A stretch of 64,000 nucleotides of DNA from the NCBI GenBank assembly GCA_028693565.1, contig JAQUVE010000001.1, forward strand, positions 10,905 through 74,904. The letters run 5' to 3'. This document shows, piece after piece, positions 42,887 to 52,932 of this stretch. Both the position numbers and the translations under genes were made by a program. This DNA comes from Sulfurospirillaceae bacterium. Lineage in GTDB: Bacteria; Campylobacterota; Campylobacteria; Campylobacterales; Sulfurospirillaceae. The notes below the pieces were generated by a model that worked only from the letters and a program-made list of their open reading frames with translations, was not told the DNA's origin and did no database searches. Positions within the stretch are counted from its first letter, which is position 1. The number at the start of each line of letters is the position of its first letter.

Positions 42887-43297
42887 TTATTTTCCGTAAG
42901 CTAAAGCAATGACAACCAAAAGAAATCCTAATTCAACACTATATTTTTTAAAGGCTAACTTTTTGTAATTTTCTTGTGCCTGAGCATCTGTTTTGAGCAT
43001 TCGCTTGTAAACTTTATGATTTTTGATACCAAAGACCACACCATAAAGCCACACGGCAAGCATAGAAACGACTTCCATTGAAAAAACAAATTTTGTAACA
43101 GATAAAACAATAAGTCCTGTAAAAAAAATTGCCGCTAATACGATGTAATATTGAGGTGTAATCAGCTCTAAGAGTTTAGAAACTTTAAAAAATGTTCTAT
43201 TACTCTTAAGAAGATAAAGATTGATTCCAATAATAACAACCAATAAAACGATAAAAACCACATGCAACTCTATCGACAATGCAATTAACTCTTCCAC
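42887..43297 (-). CDS. Hypothetical integral membrane protein
   Basis: About four hydrophobic segments. AGGAG RBS and GTG start. Confidence 0.75.
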   Translation of the reverse strand: MEELIALSIELHVVFIVLLVVIIGINLYLLKSNRTFFKVSKLLELITPQYYIVLAAIFFTGLIVLSVTKFVFSMEVVSMLAVWLYGVVFGIKNHKVYKRMLKTDAQAQENYKKLAFKKYSVELGFLLVVIALAYGK

Positions 43298-43376
43298 TTT
43301 AAGGGGCTCCTTACTAAACTAATGCAAAATTTTACCATTTTAGTATAATATTCTTCATAAACTATGAGGCTGAGGC

Positions 43377-44531
43377 ATGTTAATATCCTATTCTAAAGCA
43401 TTAGAAATTATTCGCGCAACAATTTTACCTTTGCAATCAACATATAAAACAACATTACTTGAGAGTATTCATCGTATTGCAAGCCAAGATATTTTTGCAA
43501 AATGGGATATGCCAAATGAGACTATGAGTCTCAAAGAGGGGTTTGGCCTTCATCTTGGTTCTCTCCCAACTTACCACCTCATAACCGAAGCCAACCCCTT
43601 GTTTGTTCCGCCAAACTATGCAATAGAACTCTCCACTGGGTCAACTCTCATTTCTGGCATTAATGCTGTTATCGCGAAAGAAGATGTTGAATTTAATGCT
43701 GATAGTACCCTAAATATTCCATCTTCTATTCCTGTAGGATACAATATTAAACAACAAGGTGAAGATTTTTGCCGTAATCAATGCATTGTAAAACGTTGTG
43801 AGTCTATTAATGCCTATACCTTATCTGCTCTTGCCAGCCAAGGGTTAACCCATATTGAAACATTTTCTCCTCCCAAAATTTCCATCTTAAGTATAGGCAA
43901 TACTCTACTTTCCTTAGGTGTATCAAAACAAGATGGTATGGTTTACAATTCTAATGCAATGAGTTTAGCAGCCCGAATATTAGAGCTTGGAGCATCCATC
44001 CAAAGTATTGAAGTTTGTTCTGAAGATACCTCTTTGATTGTTCAGAAGCTTGCTGAATTAAGTGAAGAAGCCGATTTTATTATCACAACAGGGGGAATGG
44101 GAACACAGGATGTTATGCATAAAGCACTAGCGCAAGAAGTATTATCTGTCTTATTTCATTATGTTCAAATTAGCCCGGCCAGACCTAGTGCTCTTAGTTT
44201 ACTCAAAAATAAGCCTATCTTGCACCTTCCTGGACTTCCATTATCATGTTTATTAGGCTTTGAGATGCTTGGAACTCCCATTCTTAAAAGGCTTCAACAT
44301 ATTCCACTCAATCAACAACCGCCCATTGCCCTCAAAAACCAACAAATGATTACATGCAAAGCTTGTTCGACGAGCGCTATACCGGGCGTAAGTGATGGTA
44401 TTACGTTCACAAATGCACCTGCTTATCAAGCCGCTATGCTCAACACTCTTTCTACATGTAATGGCTATATTTTAATTGAAGGGCAAGAACAAATCGAACC
44501 TGGCGAAAATGTCCTTTTTTACCCGTTTTAA
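43377..44531 (+). CDS. moeA: Divergent molybdopterin molybdenumtransferase MoeA paralogue
   Basis: MoeA architecture (NIKQQGED, YNSN, FIITTGG, LPGLP, NGYI), but several active-site motifs are altered. Confidence 0.75.
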   Translation: MLISYSKALEIIRATILPLQSTYKTTLLESIHRIASQDIFAKWDMPNETMSLKEGFGLHLGSLPTYHLITEANPLFVPPNYAIELSTGSTLISGINAVIAKEDVEFNADSTLNIPSSIPVGYNIKQQGEDFCRNQCIVKRCESINAYTLSALASQGLTHIETFSPPKISILSIGNTLLSLGVSKQDGMVYNSNAMSLAARILELGASIQSIEVCSEDTSLIVQKLAELSEEADFIITTGGMGTQDVMHKALAQEVLSVLFHYVQISPARPSALSLLKNKPILHLPGLPLSCLLGFEMLGTPILKRLQHIPLNQQPPIALKNQQMITCKACSTSAIPGVSDGITFTNAPAYQAAMLNTLSTCNGYILIEGQEQIEPGENVLFYPF

Positions 44532-45500
44532 TCATCCCCCTGTTTCATAAAAAGCGCGATTTGATGTTTCATTAGCATCATCTTCTGTCCACTTATTTTT
44601 TTCAGGTTTATTGCGTAGAACCTCTTTTAAAATTTCACTTGCACCTATAACATCACCGTTTTGTACCGCTTCTTTGATACTCATCGCTTCATCAAAATAA
44701 AGACAAGGTATCAACATTCCTTCAGCTGTCAATCGAATACGATTACAATCTTCACAAAAATCATGTTTATGCGGATCAATAATGCCAAAACGATACCCAT
44801 CGTCAAATTCAAATAATTGCGCTGGGCTTGAACCCTCTCTACCAATTTCTTTAAAATGATATTTTTTTGCAACAATTGCCTGTACTTCGTGTGCACTTAA
44901 ACCTTGTAATTTTTCTTTCGCAAATTTATTTTCCATATACTCAATAAATCGAATGGACATGCCACGTGCTTTGGCATACTCTAAAACATCCAATATTTCA
45001 TCTGCATTTATCCCTTTGATAGGGACCATATTGATTTTTACTTTCAATCCAACTCTTAGCGCTTCATCAATACCTGCCATAACCTTGGGTAAAACATCTT
45101 TTTGTGCCATCTGCATTGCCACATTCGGCTTTAAACTGTCAAGCGAAATATTAACACGTTTTAGTCCTGCATCTTTAAGTTTTTGTGCAGCCTCTTTCAA
45201 AAGATATCCATTACTTGTCAGTGCCAAATCTAAGCCACTTTTGTGCTTATTTATCATCATAATAAAAGCATCTAAATCTGTTCTTAATAAAGGTTCTCCA
45301 CCCGTAATTCTAATTTTTGTGATACCTTCATCAATCGCTACTTTAATAAATAAAAAAAGATCTTCAAAACTCAGTAAATTTTCTTTAGGAACCCAAGAAA
45401 ATGGTTTTTCGGGCATACAATATTGGCATCTAAAATTACATCGCTCCGTCACGGAGACTCGAAGATAGCTTACTTTCCGTCCATGTCCATCAATTAGCAT
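44532..45500 (-). CDS. moaA: GTP 3',8-cyclase MoaA
   Basis: [24 protein letters not shown] and C-terminal GG. Confidence 0.97.
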   Translation of the reverse strand: MLIDGHGRKVSYLRVSVTERCNFRCQYCMPEKPFSWVPKENLLSFEDLFLFIKVAIDEGITKIRITGGEPLLRTDLDAFIMMINKHKSGLDLALTSNGYLLKEAAQKLKDAGLKRVNISLDSLKPNVAMQMAQKDVLPKVMAGIDEALRVGLKVKINMVPIKGINADEILDVLEYAKARGMSIRFIEYMENKFAKEKLQGLSAHEVQAIVAKKYHFKEIGREGSSPAQLFEFDDGYRFGIIDPHKHDFCEDCNRIRLTAEGMLIPCLYFDEAMSIKEAVQNGDVIGASEILKEVLRNKPEKNKWTEDDANETSNRAFYETGG

Positions 45501-45622
45501 CTCTTTCCTTTACGTTTAAAACATTTATTATACAAATAAAATATTAAGTTGAAGCTATTTATAAAAATTATTGAGTTACAATTTGCTCACTTTTAACAAA
45601 ACCTGAAATGAAGGAGTCAGCA

Positions 45623-46135
45623 GTGCAAAAGCCTGTTCCTAATGGCAAAGAACACTCTGTTAACGCAGAGGCGTTTTTAGTTTCCAAAACTGATACACAA
45701 GGGAAAATCACCTATTGCAATGAACCCTTTATTAAAATCGTTGGCGCAAGTGAACAAGAGCTTTTGGGGAAGCCTCATAATATTGTGAGACATCCTGATA
45801 TGCCTCGTGTCATTTTTAAACTACTCTGGGATAAAGTCAAGAACAAAGAAGAAATCTTTGCGTATGTCAAAAATTTAAGTTTTGATGGGGGCTGCTATTG
45901 GGTCTATGCTAATATTACTGCTTCTTTAGACAACAATGGACAAATTGTAGGCTATTACTCCGTTAGACGCAAAGCTAACATTAAAGCACTTGAGGTCATT
46001 AAGCCTCTTTATGAAAAGTTACTTTCTCTTGAAAAAAATGGTGGTATTGAGGCATCGTTTAAGTATTTGACAGATTTATTACGCGAAAAAGGAGTCAGTT
46101 ATGAAGAATTTTCAAACAATCTTCAACGATTATAA
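45623..46135 (+). CDS. Stand-alone Aer-type PAS sensor protein (CetB-like)
   Basis: [32 protein letters not shown] Aer-PAS signature. GTG start at 45623 after AAGGAG. Confidence 0.9.
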   Translation: MQKPVPNGKEHSVNAEAFLVSKTDTQGKITYCNEPFIKIVGASEQELLGKPHNIVRHPDMPRVIFKLLWDKVKNKEEIFAYVKNLSFDGGCYWVYANITASLDNNGQIVGYYSVRRKANIKALEVIKPLYEKLLSLEKNGGIEASFKYLTDLLREKGVSYEEFSNNLQRL

Positions 46136-47534
46136 GCTACCGATTGCTTCATTTTTTGTTTTCGCAATTGTAGTTGCTTTTCAATGGAGCAATGGCGGAG
46201 AATTTTTAACGTCAACCCTTCTTTTTGGTGTTGCCGCAGGTTCTTTTTTTGGAAGTCGAAAAACAATGCAATGTAATGTTGAATTTTATGAAAAAGTATT
46301 AACTGTTGTCAAAGAAGCTGCACAAGGCAATCTTGAACCTCGTATTGTCAATATTGATCCACACGCACCAATGGGTAAGGTTGCACTTGGAATTAATGAC
46401 CTCCTTGACCAAGTTGAAGCCTTAATGCGTGAAACTAAAACATCAATTGAAACAGCAAGTGCAGGAAAAACGTATCGTAATATTTTTAATGAAGGTTTCC
46501 GTGGCCTTTTTGCAACCAATGCACGCTATATTAGCGAAGGAGTTAAGGGCATTACAGAAGGTCAAAAAGGAAAAGCTAGAGGTATGCTCTCTGCTGCTTT
46601 TTCAGACCTTGGTAACGGAAATCGTGGCATCATAGAAGTTCAACATGATTTATCCGATGATATTCACAGCATGACGAGTATTAAAGAATCTTCACAAGCA
46701 ACTGCTAAAAAGTCTGACGAAAGCCTTGAGACTGTTATAACATTATCTAATGGAATCAAAGAACTTTTGGAATTATTAATCAGTACCAATGAGGCTATCA
46801 CATCATTAAGTGAGCGAACAACAGAAATTTCTTCTGTCGTTAATCTTATCAAAGATATTGCCGATCAAACCAATCTTTTAGCTCTCAATGCCGCCATTGA
46901 AGCAGCACGCGCTGGCGAACATGGGCGAGGATTTGCTGTCGTTGCTGATGAAGTACGAAAACTAGCAGAACGCACACAAAAAGCTACCCAAGAAATTTCA
47001 ATGACTATTCAAACACTCCAACAAGAAACGAATGGTATCCATGCTAATTCTGAACGTATCAGCACTATTGCTAATACCAGTGGCGATAATGTTATTCATT
47101 TTGAGGAAGCACTCAAAGAGTTTAGTACAGTTGCCAATAGAACAGCAACTATTTCTCAGACCTTAGAAAATAAAATATTTACTACCTTAGCTAAAATTGA
47201 TCATATCGTCTTTAAAACAACAGCTTATTCTGCCATCCTTAATGAAAAGGCCGATATGATTATTGCTGACCATAAAACGTGCAGATTAGGTTCGTGGTAT
47301 CAAAACAGTGACACAAAAGAAAGATTTGGGTCAACAAAATCTTATACCATGTTAGAAGAGCCACATAAAGTTGTTCATACATGTGTTTTAGAAAATGCTG
47401 AACGTGTAAAAGATGGCTATTCAATGAATAATCTACATGTTTTCATTGATACTTTTAAAACGATGGAAGACTCAAGTCATAAACTCTTTAAACTTTTGGA
47501 TTCAATGATTTCTGAAGTCTCTACACATAAGTGA
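46101..47534 (+). CDS. Methyl-accepting chemotaxis protein (CetA-like) with C-terminal CZB domain
   Basis: Two closely spaced N-terminal TMs, HAMP-like region, [38 protein letters not shown] tip, and [17 protein letters not shown] zinc motif. Confidence 0.93.
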   Translation: MKNFQTIFNDYKLPIASFFVFAIVVAFQWSNGGEFLTSTLLFGVAAGSFFGSRKTMQCNVEFYEKVLTVVKEAAQGNLEPRIVNIDPHAPMGKVALGINDLLDQVEALMRETKTSIETASAGKTYRNIFNEGFRGLFATNARYISEGVKGITEGQKGKARGMLSAAFSDLGNGNRGIIEVQHDLSDDIHSMTSIKESSQATAKKSDESLETVITLSNGIKELLELLISTNEAITSLSERTTEISSVVNLIKDIADQTNLLALNAAIEAARAGEHGRGFAVVADEVRKLAERTQKATQEISMTIQTLQQETNGIHANSERISTIANTSGDNVIHFEEALKEFSTVANRTATISQTLENKIFTTLAKIDHIVFKTTAYSAILNEKADMIIADHKTCRLGSWYQNSDTKERFGSTKSYTMLEEPHKVVHTCVLENAERVKDGYSMNNLHVFIDTFKTMEDSSHKLFKLLDSMISEVSTHK

Positions 47535-47541
47535 AAATTGT

Positions 47542-47572
47542 ATAAAAGGAGGGGTTCACACCTCTTCTTTTA
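47542..47572. terminator. Bidirectional terminator hairpin
   Basis: ATAAAAGGAGGGGT-tcac-ACCTCTTCTTTTAT (with G-U pairs) between convergent genes. Confidence 0.7.
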
Positions 47573-48076
47573 TTTTAAATTTGCAAGCTTTAAAACCAAA
47601 TCTATTTCACCTATTCCCACACGTAAATCTTTAGCAATTTCTGCTTCACTTTTCCCTTTTGCAAACTGAGCCACTATCATCTTTTCATTTGAGGAAGCAG
47701 AAGATGTCGGCATACAGCTCATCTCTTTGGTACGACTTTCAATGCGGTCAATACGCGCCGTTTGTTCTGTTTGAAATGTTTGCATGATAGATTCGATATC
47801 TTGCAAGGAAGAGACCATAGGAATGACCGTATTTTGTATTTCATGTTTTACTTTTTCCAGTATTCGCTGCTCTATTTCTTGCGGGTCAATCGCATTATGC
47901 TGCGATAACTCTTTGATACTCTTACTAAGTTGGTGATTTTGAAAATTCAGTTCTTCAATACTCTTTTCATACATCAGCAATTTCTTATTTACTTCAATAT
48001 CTCTGATATAAACCATTAAAAAAACAATGATAACAAGTGCACTTAAAGCTAGAAAAGCCAAAGTTTCAATACTCAC
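47570..48076 (-). CDS. Hypothetical membrane-anchored coiled-coil protein with C-terminal HTH-like tail (DUF2802/DUF6115-like)
   Basis: N-terminal TM, long coiled coil and AEIAKDLRVGIGEIDLVLKL tail. Confidence 0.6.
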   Translation of the reverse strand: MSIETLAFLALSALVIIVFLMVYIRDIEVNKKLLMYEKSIEELNFQNHQLSKSIKELSQHNAIDPQEIEQRILEKVKHEIQNTVIPMVSSLQDIESIMQTFQTEQTARIDRIESRTKEMSCMPTSSASSNEKMIVAQFAKGKSEAEIAKDLRVGIGEIDLVLKLANLK

Positions 48077-48596
48077 TATGTAATCCTTTCATCTGACGTA
48101 TCATAGCACGTTCACATGCTACCATATAGGCACTCCAAGTTTGTTCATCATCGTCATGCATCATTTCTATTTTGGCCAAAGTTTCACTTTGTGCTCTAAA
48201 AAATACAGGTATATTTCTTCGTGGAAATGTCGGCAAATCAATTCTACCATAGTAGTGTTCTCCTGCACATAATGCAGGCGTATCACATTGAAAATATCCA
48301 TGACCAATAGATTCTATACTTGCCTTACATGTAAGGATAGAATCATCATTGCTATCCGAATGTAATGAGTGAGTCAATGTATCTATTTTTCGATGAAGCT
48401 CGATGAGTAATGTTAATAAAACTTGATCACTATCATCAGCTATTTTTCGTATTTTTGGTGTTTTTAGCCATGCGCCAAGAGGATCATCGTTCATTTGCAT
48501 TAAACTATAATACTCCTTCATAAAATCCGAATTCTCGACAGTACCCTTGTCAAATACAATGGCTAAAACTGCAGGAACCAAACGAATTTCGCTCAT
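48066..48596 (-). CDS. flgX: Degenerate PilZ-like protein, probable flagellar stator-associated FlgX
   Basis: LHRKIDTL helix, SIGHGYF (compare PilZ D.S.GG.F), GRIDLP and terminal helix ERAMIR. Position beside the ubiA-type gene matches my recollection of the C. jejuni locus. Confidence 0.55.
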   Translation of the reverse strand: MSEIRLVPAVLAIVFDKGTVENSDFMKEYYSLMQMNDDPLGAWLKTPKIRKIADDSDQVLLTLLIELHRKIDTLTHSLHSDSNDDSILTCKASIESIGHGYFQCDTPALCAGEHYYGRIDLPTFPRRNIPVFFRAQSETLAKIEMMHDDDEQTWSAYMVACERAMIRQMKGLHSEY

Positions 48597-48598
48597 CT

Positions 48599-49480
48599 TT
48601 ATATCCTATCACACAAAATAAAAATAAAAAATATAATGCCCAAATAACCATTTAGAGTAAAGAATGCTCTGTCAATCTTCGAAAAATCTTTAATAACTAT
48701 TCGATGTTCTGCATAGAGAATCATAGCTGAAATAGCCACACCACAATATGCCAACAAGCCTAACTTCGCAGTAATGACAAATAACAACCAAAATAAAATC
48801 GTTTGTGCGTGAAATAATCTTGAGATAAAAAAAGTAGCATCCTTGCCAAAACGAGAAGGAATTGAAAACAGGCCATTTTCCTGATCATATTCCATATCTT
48901 GCAAAGAATAAAGTAAATCAAAACCTGCTACCCAATACATCACACCAAGTGAGAGTAATATTGCCCATAAAGGGATATTTTCACCAACGGCAACTGCTCC
49001 TGCAATGGGTGCTAAACCTAAAGAGAGCCCAAGAACTAAGTGAGCATAAGGAGAGAAGCGTTTGAAGAGTGAGTAGCCTGCTAGAATACCTAAAATAGGA
49101 AACGATAAATAAAAGGCTAATGGATTAATCAGATAGGCAACAGCACAAAAAATAAGTGCATTTAGTAGAATAAAAAATTTCATATTTCCAGAACCTACAC
49201 GCCCATCGACACTAGGTCTCATCGCTGTTCGCGGGTTATATTGGTCAATATCTCTATCGGCATAACGATTAAATGCCATTGCAAAATTACGGGCACTTAC
49301 TGCGGCCAATAGACCAAGCACGAGAAGCGTCCATCCAAACCAAAGTGAGCCATTAAGCTCTTTGGCATAAACAATCATTGCTATAAAAATAAAAGGTAAT
49401 GAAAAAATTGAATGCTTAAACATAATCAATTCATTAATATCTTTAAGTGTATTCCACCATTTAACCACGTATGACCCCAA
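48599..49480 (-). CDS. UbiA-family prenyltransferase (futalosine-pathway MqnP-like)
   Basis: AMAFNRYADRDIDQYNPRTAMRP and FDLLYSLQDMEYD Asp-rich motifs. Multiple TMs. Confidence 0.9.
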   Translation of the reverse strand: MGSYVVKWWNTLKDINELIMFKHSIFSLPFIFIAMIVYAKELNGSLWFGWTLLVLGLLAAVSARNFAMAFNRYADRDIDQYNPRTAMRPSVDGRVGSGNMKFFILLNALIFCAVAYLINPLAFYLSFPILGILAGYSLFKRFSPYAHLVLGLSLGLAPIAGAVAVGENIPLWAILLSLGVMYWVAGFDLLYSLQDMEYDQENGLFSIPSRFGKDATFFISRLFHAQTILFWLLFVITAKLGLLAYCGVAISAMILYAEHRIVIKDFSKIDRAFFTLNGYLGIIFFIFILCDRI

Positions 49481-49561
49481 AAATTAGATGAATTGATTTT
49501 ACAACAAAACGGTTTAAAAGTGTTATAATTAATCTTGTAAAACACGAGATTAAGGGCTTTT

Positions 49562-50467
49562 TTGAAAACTATTGCTATTTTAGGACCTACGGCTTCGGGT
49601 AAAACAGCACTTTCCATTGCACTTGCCCTTGAGCATCAGGGAATTATCTTATCGCTTGATTCACTGAGTATTTATAAAGAAATTGATATAGCCTCTGCCA
49701 AACCAACCCTAGAAGAGCGGCAAGGAATCCCCCACTTTGGTATTGATGAACTTTTGCCTAATGAGCCGTTTAATGTTGTGATGTTTTTTGAACTTTACAA
49801 CAAAGCTCTTACTTATGCAAAGTGCCACGATAAAAATCTTTTTATCGTTGGAGGAACAGGGTTTTACCTTAAAGCATTGATGGATGGATTAAGCCAGAAG
49901 CCTTCTATTTCTTTACATGTCAAAGAGCAAATTCAAACACACCTGCACAATCTTCCTGAAACGTATGCGATGATTGAGCACTACGATAGCGCTTATGCAC
50001 AAAAAATCGCCTCAACGGATCGTTACCGTATTGAAAAATGGCTAGAAATATTTCTCTCAGCAAACACCATTCCTAGTGCATATCTTATATCGCACAGAAA
50101 TAAAGCTCTTTTAGAAGATGTTGAACTATTTGAGATTGAAACGGACAAAGAAGCTTTGCGTAAAAAAATTGCGCTTCGTACGGAGCTAATGTTAAAAAAT
50201 GGTCTTATAGATGAAGTTTTTGCTTTGGAGAACCACTATACTAGAGCGCCCCAATGCATGAAATCTATTGGCATTAAAGAAGTATTAGATTATTTTGATG
50301 GTAAATATGCTCTTAACTTACTACACGAGAAAATTACTACCAACACGGTACAACTTGCTAAACGACAACGCACTTTTAATACCTCTCAATTCCCTCCCCA
50401 TATTAAACAGCCTTTAGAAAAACTATATGGTATCATTTCTGAAACCTTACATGGAGAGCCATTTTAG
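49562..50467 (+). CDS. miaA: tRNA dimethylallyltransferase
   Basis: GPTASGKT, DSLSIYKEIDIASAKP, VGGTGFY and QLAKRQRTF motifs. Confidence 0.97.
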   Translation: MKTIAILGPTASGKTALSIALALEHQGIILSLDSLSIYKEIDIASAKPTLEERQGIPHFGIDELLPNEPFNVVMFFELYNKALTYAKCHDKNLFIVGGTGFYLKALMDGLSQKPSISLHVKEQIQTHLHNLPETYAMIEHYDSAYAQKIASTDRYRIEKWLEIFLSANTIPSAYLISHRNKALLEDVELFEIETDKEALRKKIALRTELMLKNGLIDEVFALENHYTRAPQCMKSIGIKEVLDYFDGKYALNLLHEKITTNTVQLAKRQRTFNTSQFPPHIKQPLEKLYGIISETLHGEPF

Positions 50468-52857
50468 AAAAGTTTTAAGTTCTCTTGGCAAATAGATTTC
50501 CATGAGCTTGTTTCATTATTGTCAATGCATTGTGAAAAATACTCTTTTGCTTTTTGCTCGTCTTTATTTTTTAAGCTAAGTTCACCCGCATTATAATACG
50601 CTCTAATTTTATCTTTACTCTCTAACTTTTGCTTTAGTAATGTCTCTACTAAATTAAGGGCTTCCATGTCCTTTCCTAACCGTTTAAGTGCTTCAATATA
50701 ATTAAATTCTACCCATGGTGAAAGCGTTGATGATTTAAAATCTTTTTGTAATTTTAAAATACTTTGTGCATATTTACTAAGCATTAAATCATCTTTGGTG
50801 TCATTACTATAGCGAATCATTTCAGCATAGATATCGATAGAACTAAAATCATGTGGATAGTCCTTATCTATCAAATCCACAATACTCAAGGCATCTTCTA
50901 TTTTTTTGAGTTTCATTAAAGCAAAAAACATACTATGCAATGTTGGTTGTGCTATTTTGCGTTTGACACTTTGTGATAAGGCTATAATATCGTTTTTAAA
51001 ATCTATTACTTTTTGAAATTGCCCCATTTTGTAAAGAGCATCTACCTCTTTTTGCGACCACGCAAAACGCATCTCTAGCTTTGGCTCTTTAAGATGTTTG
51101 ACACTAATTTCTTCAGCACGATCAAAGCGAGATAACTTCATAAAGCAGTCAAAAAGCTTTTCTTCACTTTGAACACCATCAAAAATTAATTTATACTCTT
51201 CCGTTAAACCAATCACTTCTTGGCATTTATTTTCTTTCAAGTAGTTCAATGAAAGTGATTTTGCCGCACTGTAAATAAGCTCTTCGGGCTTTTCATCGTA
51301 CGTACCACTGACTGCCAAAAGTTCATTCTTCATGGCTAACAATTCACTAAATTTTTCTTGTTTGACTAATAGTTTCGCTTTTTCTATTAATGCTTTTTCA
51401 CCAATTGGATTACTCCCGTAATTCTTAATAAGCTTGTCATAATAACTGGCTAACTTAGTTTCATTTGACTCATTGAGTTTAAAAAAGAGTGCGTCTAAAC
51501 TCTCCTTAACATCATCAACATAGTCACCATTTTGTTTATACTCACTTAAATACTCTTGATATTTTGCATATGCTTCTTGCACTTCATTGCTTTTTGCATG
51601 CCAATCCCCACTCTCTTTTAAAAGCAACTCTCGCATATCATCTCTAGGTCCAATATTCATCAATAACAAATCTGCTATCTTTGCTGCTAAATCATAAAGA
51701 CCATGCTCATTGAGCCTTTTTGCAAGCTTATGACTCTCTTCTTTGTCCTTGAGTAAAAAACTAGCATTGGCATTGAGGACTTTCAAAAGATACTCTTTCG
51801 CCTCTTTAAGTTTCCCTGCATCCATTTGATGATCCCCTAAACGAATAGCTGCTTCAGACGCGACATCGAGATCACGGGCACTGTATAATACATCCAAATA
51901 GAGTTTTAATGCTTTATCTTTTTCTTTTTTAGCAAATAAATTATCAGCAAACAGTAAAATAGCTTTTTTAGTAAACATACTCTCAGCATGCTCACTCACC
52001 AAAATATCAATCAAATAGTTAGCATCAGACTTTGAACCCATTCTGAGATAGGCTTTTGACATCAACATTAACACTTCAGGAATATTTTCATCACTGGTAA
52101 ATTCTTTTGACCACCTTTTAGCCATGCCAACAAGGTCATTTAAGTCAAACCCAGCTGTAGCACTATTCTCATCTTGAGCACTGAGAACTTTATCCATTGA
52201 TCGCATACTATAAAGCTCTAATTCACTTCTAAAAATAGAATTTGGGAAAAGAGTTAAAACTTTTTTGACATCTTTAACCACTTCTTCGTACAATTTATTT
52301 TCATACTCTTTTTTAATATCTAAATACAACTGAATATCTTTACTTTGGGCATACGAAATAGGAGCACCATTAAGATCAAGTGCCCCAATATAAGGTCGTT
52401 TATATTTATCAAATGTGACAGGAAAATCCAAACCATTTAAGACAGGTTGTTCCTCATATAAAGGCGCTTCTTCTAATAAAATAATCCAATGCGTATAATA
52501 TTTTTGGGAAGGTTTAGCTAAAACTTCGTTGGTATTATATAAAGAGTCTTCAACAGGAATGAGCTTTGAGTTAACTTTAGGCTCAATCGCAATATAAAAC
52601 TCTTTGTTTTTTTCATAAAAATCAATTTCTGCCAATTTGAGTTTTTTGGATTCAAATGTCTTATTAATAGTTCGATCAATTTTACACATATAATGTTTTT
52701 TTTCTAAAGCATCAGGGATAGTTTCACAAAATAGTGGTTTCGTATCAATAATATGTAAAATAGCATAGTTTATTTTACTCTCTTTGCCACTATTAAATAC
52801 TATTTCAAGGGCAAAACTATGTACCGATAAAAAAAGGAGGATTAAAATTAATTTCAT
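50464..52857 (-). CDS. pflA: TPR-rich paralysed-flagella protein PflA-like
   Basis: Signal peptide, N-terminal beta region and TPR repeats. Lies directly downstream of nuoN, as in C. jejuni (recalled synteny). Confidence 0.75.
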   Translation of the reverse strand: MKLILILLFLSVHSFALEIVFNSGKESKINYAILHIIDTKPLFCETIPDALEKKHYMCKIDRTINKTFESKKLKLAEIDFYEKNKEFYIAIEPKVNSKLIPVEDSLYNTNEVLAKPSQKYYTHWIILLEEAPLYEEQPVLNGLDFPVTFDKYKRPYIGALDLNGAPISYAQSKDIQLYLDIKKEYENKLYEEVVKDVKKVLTLFPNSIFRSELELYSMRSMDKVLSAQDENSATAGFDLNDLVGMAKRWSKEFTSDENIPEVLMLMSKAYLRMGSKSDANYLIDILVSEHAESMFTKKAILLFADNLFAKKEKDKALKLYLDVLYSARDLDVASEAAIRLGDHQMDAGKLKEAKEYLLKVLNANASFLLKDKEESHKLAKRLNEHGLYDLAAKIADLLLMNIGPRDDMRELLLKESGDWHAKSNEVQEAYAKYQEYLSEYKQNGDYVDDVKESLDALFFKLNESNETKLASYYDKLIKNYGSNPIGEKALIEKAKLLVKQEKFSELLAMKNELLAVSGTYDEKPEELIYSAAKSLSLNYLKENKCQEVIGLTEEYKLIFDGVQSEEKLFDCFMKLSRFDRAEEISVKHLKEPKLEMRFAWSQKEVDALYKMGQFQKVIDFKNDIIALSQSVKRKIAQPTLHSMFFALMKLKKIEDALSIVDLIDKDYPHDFSSIDIYAEMIRYSNDTKDDLMLSKYAQSILKLQKDFKSSTLSPWVEFNYIEALKRLGKDMEALNLVETLLKQKLESKDKIRAYYNAGELSLKNKDEQKAKEYFSQCIDNNETSSWKSICQENLKLF

Positions 52858-52886
52858 GGGTACATTATAGCAAAATATGTACCCAT
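52856..52886 (-). promoter_or_regulatory. Extended -10 promoter (TGcTATAAT) 6 nt before the pflA ATG, enclosed by a 10-bp inverted repeat
   Basis: ATGGGTACAT (52856-52865), N11, ATGTACCCAT (52877-52886). TATAAT at 52869-52864. No SD sequence. Confidence 0.7.
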
Positions 52887-52906
52887 TTTTTAAAGAGGAT
52901 TTTGGA

Positions 52907-52932
52907 GAAAAAGGTTGATGTACAACCTCTTT
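52907..52932 (-). terminator. Intrinsic terminator of the nuo operon
   Basis: On minus: AAGAGGTTG-tacat-CAACCTTTTT immediately after the nuoN stop. Confidence 0.75.

Noticed and set aside
46095-46135. Programmed frameshift fusing PAS and MCP into one Aer-like protein
   Set aside because: The MCP has its own strong RBS and ATG, there is no clear slippery site, and bipartite PAS/MCP pairs are an established family.
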